From assembly GCA_963762145.1 (NCBI GenBank), contig CAVXJS010000011.1, positions 576,001 to 640,000 on the forward strand: a stretch of DNA of 64,000 nucleotides. The letters are read 5' to 3'. The notes beneath the pieces were generated by a model, which was given only the letters and a program-made list of their open reading frames with translations, had not been told where the DNA came from and ran no database searches. The stretch comes from an uncultured Candidatus Rokubacteria bacterium. GTDB lineage: Bacteria > Methylomirabilota > Methylomirabilia > Rokubacteriales > CSP1-6. Every line of letters starts with the position of its first letter. Position 1 is the stretch's first letter. This document shows positions 20,207 through 30,330 of this stretch, one piece after another. The translations under genes were made by a program, and so were the position numbers.

Positions 20207-21406
20207 ATGGCCCCGCTCCGCGCGATCCGCTGCGGCACCCTGTTCGACGGCACCGGCGCGCCGCCCGTCCGCTCCGCGCTCGTGGTGGTGGACGGGGCGC
20301 GGATCACCGCGGTCGGCCCCGCCGACACCACGCCGATGCCCGCGGGCGCCGCGGTGCTCGACTGGAGCGACCGCTTCGTGATGCCGGGGCTGGTGGACGC
20401 GCACAGCCACATCTCGATCGTGCCGGGGGACGGCGACCAGATCGGCCAGCTCCGCCAGGAGCCGGTGCCCCAGGCCCTGCGCGCGACGTCGAACCTGCGC
20501 CGCGACCTCGCCTCGGGGACGACCACGCTGCGGGTGATGACCGAGGAGCACTTCCTCGACGTGGCGGTGCGGGAGGCGATCGAGGCGGGGGTGATCCCGG
20601 GCCCGCGCCTGCTCTGCGGCACGCGCGGCATCACCTCGAGCAACGGGCACGGCCGCGCGCACTCCGCCTTCGACGGCGTGGACGAGATCCGGCGCGGGGT
20701 GCGCGAGAACTTCCAGCGCGGGGCCGATCACGTCAAGATCTTCGCCACCGGCGGGGTCAGCTCGCCGGGCACCACGCTGAACGCGAGCGTCTACTCGCGC
20801 GAGGAGATCCGGGCCGCGGTCGAGGAGGCGGAGCGGGCCGGGAAGTACGCGGCGGCCCACGCCCACGGGGGCCCCGGGCTCCGTCTGTGCGTGGAGGAGG
20901 GCGTGTCCACCATCGAGCACGCGGGGCTCGCCACCGACGACGACGTGGCGCTGATGAAGGAGCACCGCGCGTGGCTCATCTGCACGTTCTCGATCTTCAT
21001 GCACGCGCGCGGGATCGAGCAGGGCGACGGGCGCAACCCCGCGATCATGGCCAAGCTGGCCGCGGCGCGCCGGACCATCGCGGAGACCTTCCCGCGCCAC
21101 CTGGCCTCGGGGGTGCGCTACGCGTCCGGCACCGACGGGGTGCACGGCGCGATGCCCTTCGAGCTGGAGACCCTGGTGCGCTTCGGCGTCTCCCCGCGGG
21201 ACGCGCTGCTGTCGGGCACGCGCTGGGCCGCCGAGGCCTGCCGGGTGGACTCCGAAGTGGGCAGCCTGGCGCCCGGCAAGCGCGCGGATCTGATCGCGAT
21301 CGAGGGTGACCCGCTGGCGGACATCGAGGTGCTCCGCCGGGTGCGCCTGGTCATGAAGGACGGAGAAGTCCAGGATGTCATGTCGACCAACCATGGGAAC
21401 AGCTGA
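20207..21406 (+). CDS. Amidohydrolase (Xaa-Pro dipeptidase-like)
   Basis: PGLVDAHSH, VKIFATGG, AHAHG, IEH, GTD, GKRADL. Confidence 0.9.
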   Translation: MAPLRAIRCGTLFDGTGAPPVRSALVVVDGARITAVGPADTTPMPAGAAVLDWSDRFVMPGLVDAHSHISIVPGDGDQIGQLRQEPVPQALRATSNLRRDLASGTTTLRVMTEEHFLDVAVREAIEAGVIPGPRLLCGTRGITSSNGHGRAHSAFDGVDEIRRGVRENFQRGADHVKIFATGGVSSPGTTLNASVYSREEIRAAVEEAERAGKYAAAHAHGGPGLRLCVEEGVSTIEHAGLATDDDVALMKEHRAWLICTFSIFMHARGIEQGDGRNPAIMAKLAAARRTIAETFPRHLASGVRYASGTDGVHGAMPFELETLVRFGVSPRDALLSGTRWAAEACRVDSEVGSLAPGKRADLIAIEGDPLADIEVLRRVRLVMKDGEVQDVMSTNHGNS

Positions 21407-21445
21407 ATGGGGAAGAACCACTGAATGGGGAGGAACGGCTGATGG
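21396..21445 (+). repeat. Imperfect 18-bp tandem repeat, about 2.8 copies
   Basis: GGAACAGCTGAATGGGGA / AGAACCACTGAATGGGGA / GGAACGGCTGA-TGG. Confidence 0.8.
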
Positions 21446-23026
21446 CGGATCGGGCACGGACGGGCGACGGTAACCGGAGCACGCGGCGGGAGTGGCTGGC
21501 GCAAATGGGCGGGCTGGCCGCGGGAGCGGGGCTGGCCTCGATGGGCGGGGCGGGCCTCGCGGCGCGTCCGGCGTGGGCCCAGGGGCAGCCCAAGCGCGGC
21601 GGCATCCTGAAGGTGGCCACCGTGGACAAGCCGGTGAACATGGATCCCGGCTTCGCCCAGCTCTACTCGTCGCTCCAGGTCTACCAGAACGTCTACAACA
21701 AGCTCGTCTACGTGGACGACGCGGGCCAGTTCGCCCCGGGGCTCGCCAAGTCCTGGAAGCAGGACGGCGAGAAGACCTGGGTCTTCGACCTGGTGGACAA
21801 CGCCACCTTCCACAACGGCGAGCCGTTCACGGCCAAGGACGTGGCCTTCACCTTCAACCGGCTGCTCGACGCGAAGAACAAGCTGCCGATGCGCGTGTTC
21901 TTCTCGCCGGTGGAGGGGGTGGAGGCGGTCGGGGCGCACCAGGTGCGGTTCAGCCTGAGCCGGCCGTTCGGGCCGCTCTTCGCGATGCTGTCGCAGGCCA
22001 CCGAGATCGTCAACGAGAAGGCGCTCGCCGAGAAGGATCCGAAGCTGTTCCCGATCGGCACCGGCCCGTACAAGTTCGTGGAGTGGGTGAAGGACGACCA
22101 CATCACGCTCGAGCGCTGGGACAAGTACTTCCGGCCCAACCGCCCGTACCTCGACCGCATCATCTTCCATGCGCCCGCCGACGACACGGTGCGGCTCACC
22201 GGGCTTCAGACCGGGCGCTTCAACTGGATCCAGACCGTGCCGCCCCAGCGCATCGCCGAGCTCGAGCGGCTGCCGCGGGAGATGAAGTCATCGCCCGGCC
22301 GGCCCTACTTCCCGTTCTACCTGATGCTCAACGCGAGCCGGTCGCCGCTCAACGACAAGAGGCTGCGGCAGGCCCTGGCGTGGACGATCGACCGCTCCGA
22401 GATCGTGAAGCTCGTGTACTTCGATACCCACGTGGTCACCGCGGAGCCGACCCCGGCGCCGAGCCCGTGGGCCACCGGGGTCAACGCCCACAAGGGCGGC
22501 CCCGACCTCGCGAAGGCCAAGCAGCTCCTCGCGGAGGCCGGCCACGGGAACGGGCTCACCCTGACCTACCTCGTGAAGTCGCAGGTGCCGGTGCTGGTCA
22601 AGACCGGCGAGATCCTGCGCGAGCAGCTCAAGAAGGTGGGCATCACGCTCGACGTGCGGCCGCTCGAGTCCGGACAGTACTTCGAGGAGCTGGTCGGCAA
22701 GAAGTTCGACATCGCGGGCGGGTGGTGGAGCGTCACGGTGGACCCCGACATGTTCTACTACCCGATGCAGCACTCCTCGTCGGCGTGGAACTTCTGCGGC
22801 TTCAAGTCGGAGGAGGCGGACAGGCGGCTCGACGCCTTCCGCTTCACCGCGAACCCGGCCGCGCGCAAGAAGATGTACCCGGAGCTGGTGCGCTGGTTCC
22901 AGGAGGAGGGCTCGCTGATCGTCTTCAGCAACGAGCTGCAGCGCTACTGGATGAAGCCGAACGTGCAGGGCTCGGCGCCCTTGTCGCTCGCTCGAGCTGC
23001 GCTTCGAGGACACCTGGCTGGCTTGA
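21442..23026 (+). CDS. ABC substrate-binding protein, family 5, Tat signal (frameshift near the C-terminus)
   Basis: STRREWL, PKRGGIL, PGLAKSW, IGTGPYKF; probable true end LELRFEDTWLA* lies in another frame. Confidence 0.85.
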
Positions 23027-23087
23027 TCAAACTGGGGACGGCGCCGCTCCTCCCCCAGCCCCCCCACCGCTTTCGAACGCGGCCGAG

Positions 23088-24031
23088 ATGATCGTCTATG
23101 CGGCGCGGCGGCTGGCCTTGGCGGTGCCGCTGCTGCTCGGCATGAGCGTGCTGATCTTCGCGCTCATGCGCCTGGTGCCGGGCGACCCGGCGGTGGCGGT
23201 GCTGGGCTACAAGGCCACGCCCGACGGCATCCGGGCGCTGCGCGAGGCCTTTCACCTCGACGAGCCGGTGCCGCAGCAGTACCTGCGCTGGCTCGGGAAG
23301 GCCGCGCGCGGCGACCTCGGCCACGACTTCCGCCAGAACGAGCCCATCGGCCGGATGATCCTCGACCGGCTGCCGGTGACGCTCGAGCTGACCCTGCTCG
23401 CCGCGCTCTGCACCGTCCTGATCGGGGTGCCGCTCGGCCTGCTGGCCGGCGGGCAGCGCGGCGGGGCCGCGGACCGCGCCGCCCTCGCGGTGGGGCTGCT
23501 CGGGGTCTCGGTGCCCGACTTCTGGCTCGGCATCATGCTCATCCTGGGCCTCTCGCTGGGCGCCGGCCTGCTGCCCTCGGGCGGCTGGGTGCCCTTCGGC
23601 GAGAGCCCGATGGACAATCTGGTCCACATGGCGCTGCCGGCCCTGACCCTGGCCGTGAGCCGGGCGGCGGTGCTCGGGCGTCTCACCCGCGCCGCGGTGC
23701 TCGACACCATGCACCGGAGCTTCGTGCAGTACGCGCGCGCCAAGGGCCTGGGCGAGCGCGCCATCCTGTTCCGCCACGTGCTGCCGAACGCGGCGATCCC
23801 GATCGTCACGGTGCTCGGGCTCCAGGTCGGCTACATGCTGGGCGGCGCCATCGTGGTCGAGATGATCTTCACGCTGCCCGGCCTCGGGCGCATGACGCTG
23901 GACGCGGTGCTCGAGCGCAACTACCCGGTGGTGCAGGCGCGGTCCTGGTGATCGGCGCGATGTTCATGCTGGTGAACCTGATCACGGACGTTCTCTACGG
24001 CGCGATCGACCCGCGCATGCGGCGGCGCTGA
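23088..24031 (+). CDS. Peptide ABC permease, DppB-like (frameshift near 23938)
   Basis: LVPGDPA, ARAKGL, LGGAIVVE.IF..PGLG, IDPR. Confidence 0.85.
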
Positions 24032-24850
24032 TGGGCCGTCGCGGGGTCGACGGCGGCCGGGCTGCTCGTGATCGGCATCCTCGCCCTGATCGCGGCGCTC
24101 GCGCCGCATGTCGTGCCGGGCAGCCCGACCGAGATCGCCAAGGATCACGCGCTGCGCGGCCCGACCTGGAGCCAGCCGTTCGGCATGGACGATCTCGGGC
24201 GGTCCATCCTGAGCCGGGTCGCGCACGCCTACCGCGTCTCGCTCGGCGTCGCGCTGGCCTCGGTGGCGCTGGCCCTGCTGGTCGGCCTCCCGCTCGGGCT
24301 GGTGGCGGGCTACGCGGAAGGCGCGCTCGATCAGCTCATCATGCGGCCCCTCGACGTGCTGATGGCCTTCCCCGCGATCCTCCTCGCGATCGCCCTCATG
24401 AGCGTGTTCGGCACCGGCGTGGTGCTGGTGGCCGCCTCGCTCGCGGTGGTCTACACGCCGATCGTGGCGCGCGTGGTCCGGGCCGCGGTGCTCGCGGTCA
24501 AGGCGGAGATCTACGTGGACGGCGCGCGAGCGCTCGGCGCGCCCGGGGCCCGGCTCGTGCTCCGCCACATCCTCCCCAACGCGGCCACTCCGGTGCTGGT
24601 GCAGGCCTCGGTGCTGATGGCGATCGCGATCCTGGTCGAGGCCTCGCTGTCGTTCCTGGGCGTCGGCGTGCGCCCGCCGACCCCATCGCTCGGGCTCATG
24701 CTGGCCGACGGCCGCGGCTTCATGGTGCAGGCGCCCTGGATGGTGATCTTCCCCGGGCTCGCGATCATGGCCGCGGTGCTCGGCTTCAACATGGTGGCCG
24801 ACGGCCTGCGCGACTGGCTCGACCCTCAGCAGGCCGCGGGGCGCTCGTGA
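24031..24850 (+). CDS. Peptide ABC permease, DppC-like (5' end frameshifted)
   Basis: FGMDDLGRSI, ARALGA, HILPN, EASLSFLG, DGLRDWLDP. Confidence 0.85.
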
Positions 24851-24877
24851 TGGCCGGGGCCTGATTCGAGGCGTAGC

Positions 24878-26134
24878 ATGAGCCCCATGAAGACCGGACG
24901 GTTCGTCATCGTCGGGGCCGCGCTGGCGGGAGCGAGCGCGGCGGCGGCCCTCCGCGAGGAGGGCTTCGAAGGGGAGATCACCCTGGTCGGCGCCGAGCCG
25001 GTCATGCCCTATAACCGCCCGCCGCTGTCGAAGGGGTATCTCCGCGGCCACGACCGCTTCGAGGATCAGCTCGTCAACCCGGCCGAGTTCTATGCCGAGC
25101 ATCGCATCGACCTGCGGCTGGGCGTCCGCGCCGAGGCTGTCGACCCGACGCGAAAGGTGGTGTCCCTGGAGCGCGGCGACGAGGTCGCGTACGACCGCCT
25201 GCTGGTGGCCACCGGCGGGCGCAACCGGGCGCTGACGACCCCCGGGGCCGACCTTTCCGGCATCTTCCAGCTCCGCACCGTGGAGGACTGCGACCGCATC
25301 CGGGCCGTGGCCAAGCCCGGACGTCGTGCGGTCGTGATCGGGCTCGGCTTCATCGGCTCCGAGGTGACCGCGTCGCTCCGGCAGATGGGCGTCGAGGTCA
25401 CCGCGGTGGAGGGCAACCCGGTGCCGCTGGCGCGCGTGCTGGGCCCGGAGGTCGGCGCGGTGCTGGCCGGTATCCATCGCGAGAAGGGGGTGGAGCTGGT
25501 CCTCGAGGATCACGTGGCGGCCTTCGAGGGCGGCAGCGCGGTGGAGCGCGTGCGCACCAAGAAGGGACGGGTGCTCCCGTGCGATTTCGTGGTGGCCGGC
25601 ATCGGCATCGTGCCCAACACGGAGGTGCTGGCCGCGGCGGGAGCGGCGGTGGACAACGGCGTGCTGGTGGACGAGCACTGCCGCACCTCGCTGCCCGACG
25701 TCTACGCGGCGGGTGACGTGGCGAACCACCTCCATCCCGTGTTCGGGCGGCTGCGCGTCGAGCACTGGAACAACGGCTACCGGCAGGGCCGGGCCGCGGC
25801 CCACGCCATGGCGGGGGGCGCCCAGCCGTACGACTACATGCACTCCTTCTGGTCCGATCAGTACGAGCACGTGGTCGAGTACATCGGCTTCGCGGCGACC
25901 TGGGACCGGCTCGTGTTCCGGGGCGATTTGGCCAGCCGGAAGTTCCTCGGCTTCTACATGAAGGACGGGGTGGTGCGCGCGGCGATGGGACTCGATCGGG
26001 GCGGCGACCCCGAGGACCCCAAGGGCGGCAGCGAGCTGGGCGCGGTCGCGGGCTTTATCCGGGATCGGGTTCCGGTGGACCCCGCGCGCCTCGCCGACGA
26101 GGGCGTGGACCTCAAGCGCATCGCCCGTCCGTAG
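24878..26134 (+). CDS. FAD-dependent NAD(P)H:ferredoxin reductase-like oxidoreductase
   Basis: GAALAG, PYNRPPLSK, LVATGG, GLGFIGSE, AAGDVA, RVEHW, FWSDQY. Confidence 0.9.
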   Translation: MSPMKTGRFVIVGAALAGASAAAALREEGFEGEITLVGAEPVMPYNRPPLSKGYLRGHDRFEDQLVNPAEFYAEHRIDLRLGVRAEAVDPTRKVVSLERGDEVAYDRLLVATGGRNRALTTPGADLSGIFQLRTVEDCDRIRAVAKPGRRAVVIGLGFIGSEVTASLRQMGVEVTAVEGNPVPLARVLGPEVGAVLAGIHREKGVELVLEDHVAAFEGGSAVERVRTKKGRVLPCDFVVAGIGIVPNTEVLAAAGAAVDNGVLVDEHCRTSLPDVYAAGDVANHLHPVFGRLRVEHWNNGYRQGRAAAHAMAGGAQPYDYMHSFWSDQYEHVVEYIGFAATWDRLVFRGDLASRKFLGFYMKDGVVRAAMGLDRGGDPEDPKGGSELGAVAGFIRDRVPVDPARLADEGVDLKRIARP

Positions 26135-26152
26135 TGGTAAACTCCTGACACC

Positions 26153-27111
26153 ATGAGCTTCGACTACGGCAAGTACTTCGGCGAGATCAAGCTGACCCAC
26201 GACCTCCTCACGAAGAAGGAGGAGCGCACGTGGCTGCTGAAGCCGCCGCGCGACGGCGAGCGCCACGACATCGTCCTCTACCTGGGCTGCAACGTGCTGC
26301 GCACCTCGCACATGGTCCAGACGGTGAGCGCGATCTTCGACCGGCTCGGCCTGGACTACGTGGCCGCCGGCGGGCCGACGTACTGCTGCGGCATCCAGCA
26401 CCACCGGCGCGGGCAGGAGGCCTCGGGCGAGCGCTACGCCAACCACACGGTCGAGCTGCTGCAGAAGCATGGCGCCGCGCGAGGTGGTCATGTGGTGCCC
26501 GTCGTGCATCCAGTTCTACGACGAGGTGCTCGAGGCCGACCTGCCGTTCCCCAAGCGCCACACCGCCGAGTTCCTCGCCGACCGCCTGGACCGCGGCGAG
26601 TTCACGTTCACCCAGCGGGTCGAGGCCACCGTCGCGCTGCACTATCACCGCGCGACCGAGCCCCGGCAGCGCGAGGGGCTGGCCGCGCGCCGGCTGCTCG
26701 AGGCGATCCCGGCGTCACGGTCGTGGACTTCGAGCCCGACGCGCGCTGGGGCCGCACCTGCACGCCGGCGCTGCAGGAGCAGCTCGGGCCCGAGGTCTGG
26801 CGGCAGATGGTGCTCGACGACATCGACCGCGCGCTCGGCCGCCGGGGCCACCCACATGGCCGGCATCTACCACGGCTGCCACCGCGACCTCTGCCGGTTC
26901 GAGGCCGAGCGGCCGATCGTGTTCGAGCACTACCTGACGCTGTTCGGGCGCGCCCTCGGCATCGAGTTCGAGGACACCTACAAGAAGTACATGCACATGG
27001 GGCGACCCCGACCGGATCCTCGAGGACGCCACGCCCCTGCATGGCCGCCAACGGCGTCGAGCGCCGAGGCGGCGCGCGGGCTCGTCATCAAGACCTTCTC
27101 GCCAAGCGTGA
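26153..27111 (+). CDS. CCG-domain Fe-S protein, heterodisulfide reductase B-like (frameshifted; end approximate)
   Basis: YLGCN, YCCG, WCPSC, then RTC and YHGCHR in a second, degenerate CCG repeat. Confidence 0.7.
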
Positions 27112-27120
27112 GGGCGCGCC

Positions 27121-28063
27121 ATGGCGACGATCGCGCCGTCGATGAAGGCCGCGTTCGCCGCGGAGCACGACGTGCCGATCCCGTACATGCAGCGGACGCG
27201 CGACTACTACCAGGCCCTCGGCTTCGCCCCGTACCGCTGGGCGCACTTCGTCGACGCGCCGTTCACGCCGCTGCGACGTGCCGCTCGCGCCGGGCGCGCG
27301 TCGCGCTGATCACGACCGCGGCGCCGTTCCAGCCGGAGGCCGGCGACCAGGGGCCGCGGCGCCGCGTACAACGCCGCCGCGAAGTTCTACCAGGTGTACT
27401 CGATCGCCGACGGACACCGAGCCCGATCTCCGCATCTCGCACGTCGGCTACGACCGCCGCGCACACGTCGCGCCGAGGACATCAACACCTACTTCCCGCT
27501 GGCGCGCCTGAAGGACGCGGTCGGCGGCCGGGCGGATCGGCGGCGCTCGGCGCCGCGCGTCCACGGCGCGCCGACGAATCGCAGCCACCGGGTGACGATG
27601 GAGACCGACGCGCCCGAGCTGCTGCGCCGCTGCCGGGAGGACGGCGTCGACGCGGTCGTGCTCGTCCCGAGCTGACCGGTCTGCCACCAGACCGTGGGTC
27701 TGGCCGCGCGGCACCTCGAGGCGAACGGCATCCCGACCGTGATCATGGGCTGCGCCAAGGACATCGTCGAGCACTGCGGCGTCCCGCGCTTTCTGTGGAG
27801 CGACTTCCCGCTCGGCAACTCGGCCGGGCGGCCGTTCGACGTGGAGTCCCAGGCCGAGACGCTCGAGCTGGCGCTGCGCGTGCTCGAGACCGCGCCGGCG
27901 GCCCGCACCACCGTGCAGTCGCCGCTCCGCTGGACCGAGGACGCGGCGTGGAAGCATCGACTTCAACGACCTCTCGAAGCTCTCTCCGGAGGAGATCGCC
28001 GAGCGGCGCAAGGAGTTCGAGGTGGTGAAGGCGGTGGCGAAGGCCAAGCGCGAGGGCGCATGA
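27121..28063 (+). CDS. Glycine/sarcosine/betaine/D-proline reductase selenoprotein B (GrdB/PrdB)-like protein; Sec at 27673-27675; several frameshifts
   Basis: RVALITTA, LRISHVGYD, D.NTYFPL, REDGVDAVVLVPS-TGA-PVCHQTVGLAARHLEANGIPTV, FPLGN; the frame continues across the TGA. Confidence 0.82.
27687..27703 (+). promoter_or_regulatory. Putative bacterial SECIS hairpin
   Basis: CCAGACC-GTG-GGTCTGG perfect 7-bp stem beginning after an 11-nt spacer following the TGA. Confidence 0.7.
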
Positions 28064-29256
28064 GCAAGCCGTTCGCCGGCGTCCGCATCCTCGACTTCAC
28101 CCGCTATCTGGCCGGCCCGTACGGCACCTACCAGCTCGCGCTCCTCGGCGCCGACGTCGTCAAGATCGAGTCGCACGAGGGCGACGAGACGCGCGGCCAG
28201 CTCGCCGACCGAAGTGGGCGGAGCGCAAGATGGCGCCGTCCTTCCTGGCCGTGAACGGCAACAAGCGCAGCATCACGCTCGACCTCCGTAAGCCGGAGGC
28301 GATCGAGATCGTCAAGCGGCTCGTGGTCGGCGCCGACGTGGTCTGGGAGAACTTCCGCGGCGGCGTCATGGACCGGCTCGGCCTCGGCTACGAGGCGCTC
28401 GTCCGCCATCAATCCGCGGCTCATCTACTGCGGCGTCTCGGGCTTCGGCCGGACCGGGCCGGAGCAGACGACCGCGGCCTTCGACGGCAAGCTGCAGGCG
28501 ATGTCCGGGATCATGTCGATCACCGGCGAGCCCGCGTCGGGCCCGACGCGCGCGGGCTTCGCGATCTGCGACACCATCGGCGGCATGACCGCGGCGCTCG
28601 CGGTGGCGAGCGCGCTCTTCCAGCGCACGCACACCGGGCGCGGGCAGCTCGTGGACGTGGCGATGCTGGACGCGGCGCTCGCCTTCATCCGCGGGGCCGG
28701 TGTCCGAGTACACGGTGGCCGGCATCGAGCAGAAGCAGATCGGCAACGGCTCGGTGAGCCGCAAGCCGACCGCGAGCCGCTTCCGCGCGCGCGACGGCTA
28801 CATCGTGCTGGCCGTCCTCACCGAGAAGCAGTTCGCGAGCCTGATGAAGGCGCTCGGCCGGCCCGACGCGCTCGCCGATCCGCGCTTCAAGGACTGGCCG
28901 GCGCGCACCGCGAACGAGCCCGCCCTGCGCGAGATCATCGAGCAGCGCGCTCGCCACCGACGACGCGCGCAGCGTGGGAGGCGCGGCTGACCGCGGCCGA
29001 CGTGCCCTGCGGCTCGATCTGGAAGATCGACGAGATCGTCGGCCACCCGCAGCTCGAGCACCGCGACGTGCTGCAGACCATCGACTCGCGCTACGGGCCG
29101 ATGCGGCTGGTCGGCGCGGGCTTCCGCCTCGAGCACGGCAGCCCGGGCATCGACCGGGAGCCGCCGACGCTCGGCGAGCACACCGACGAGATCCTGGACG
29201 AGGCCGGCTACAGCGCGGAGGAGATCGAGCGGCTTCGGCGCGACGCGGTGGTGTGA
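28060..29256 (+). CDS. CoA-transferase family III (CaiB/BaiF) (frameshifted)
   Basis: GVRILDFTRYLAGPY, LGADVVKIE, NKRSITLDL, ENFR.G...LGLGY, PPTLGEHTDEIL; ATGA overlap. Confidence 0.88.
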
Positions 29257-29269
29257 GGGGTCGCGGGGC

Positions 29270-30298
29270 GTGAGGCTCGCGGTGACGGACGGGGTCGTGA
29301 AGACGGACCGGCACAGCACCTTCTACCTGGATGCCGGCGCGCCCGACGCGCCCGTCATCGTGTTCGTGCACGGGTGGCCCGAGCTCTCGCTCTCCTGGCG
29401 GCACCAGCTCCGGTGCTTCGCGGACCTCGGGTTCCGCGCGGTCGCGCCCGACATGCGCGGCTACGGCCGCTCCGGCGTGTACCGGCGCCACGAGGACTAC
29501 GCGATCGAGCACGCGGTGGCCGACATGCTCGAGCTGCTCGACGCGCTCGGGCGGGAGAAGGCGGTCTGGGTCGGCCACGACTGGGGGAGCCCGGTGGTCT
29601 GGAGCCTCGCGAGCCATCACCCGGAGCGCTGCTGGGGGGTGGCCAACCTGTGCGTCCCGTACCTGTCGGGCGGCTTTTCTCCGCGCAACCTGATCCCGCT
29701 CGTGAACCGCGCGGTCTATCCGGAGGCGCAGTACCCGGCGGGGCAGTGGGACTACATGCTCTTCTACGAGGAGAGCTTCGAGAAGGCCTGTACCGGCTTC
29801 GACGCCGACCCGCGCAACCTGGTCAAGGCGCTCTTCCGGAAGGGAAGCCCCGGCGGCAAGGGAAAGCCGTCGCGCACCGCGCAGACCCGGAAGGACGGTG
29901 GCTGGTTCGGAGGCACCGGCCAGGTGCCCGACGTGCCCATGGACGCGGACGTGGTGACCGCGGAGGAGCTGGAGACGTACGCGGCCGGTCTCGCGCGCAA
30001 CGGCTTCTTCGGTCCGGATTCCTGGTACATGAACGCGGAGCGCAATCTAGAGTACGCGAAGCTTGCGAAGGATGGCGGCGTGCTGAGCCTGCCCGCCCTG
30101 TTCCTGCACGGCGAGTACGACTACACCTGCGAGACCGTCGAGTCCCGGCTCGCCGAGCCGATGCGGCGCGATTGCCGGAACCTCACCGAGGTGGTCGTGT
30201 CCTCGGGACACTGGATGGCGCAGGAGAAGCCGCGGGCCGTGAATGCCGCCCTTGCGAAGTGGCTGGTGACCCAGCTGCCGGAGATCTGGCCCGTCTGA
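29270..30298 (+). CDS. Alpha/beta hydrolase, epoxide hydrolase-like
   Basis: HGWPE, PDMRGYG, GHDWG, GHWMAQEKP. Confidence 0.88.
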   Translation: MRLAVTDGVVKTDRHSTFYLDAGAPDAPVIVFVHGWPELSLSWRHQLRCFADLGFRAVAPDMRGYGRSGVYRRHEDYAIEHAVADMLELLDALGREKAVWVGHDWGSPVVWSLASHHPERCWGVANLCVPYLSGGFSPRNLIPLVNRAVYPEAQYPAGQWDYMLFYEESFEKACTGFDADPRNLVKALFRKGSPGGKGKPSRTAQTRKDGGWFGGTGQVPDVPMDADVVTAEELETYAAGLARNGFFGPDSWYMNAERNLEYAKLAKDGGVLSLPALFLHGEYDYTCETVESRLAEPMRRDCRNLTEVVVSSGHWMAQEKPRAVNAALAKWLVTQLPEIWPV

Positions 30299-30330
30299 CG
30301 TCACCGCTCCAGCCGGAGGAGGTCCCGATC

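Noticed and set aside
21396-21445. CRISPR-like repeat
   Set aside because: 18-bp units are contiguous with no spacers and there are no cas genes
23031-23068. CTGGGG...CCCCAG hairpin between the SBP and permease genes
   Set aside because: Short stem in GC-rich DNA; may stabilise mRNA but cannot be supported from sequence alone
26400-29000. Programmed frameshifting or pseudogene island
   Set aside because: The shifts are numerous, at scattered positions and without slippery motifs, while catalytic residues are intact; sequencing error is simpler
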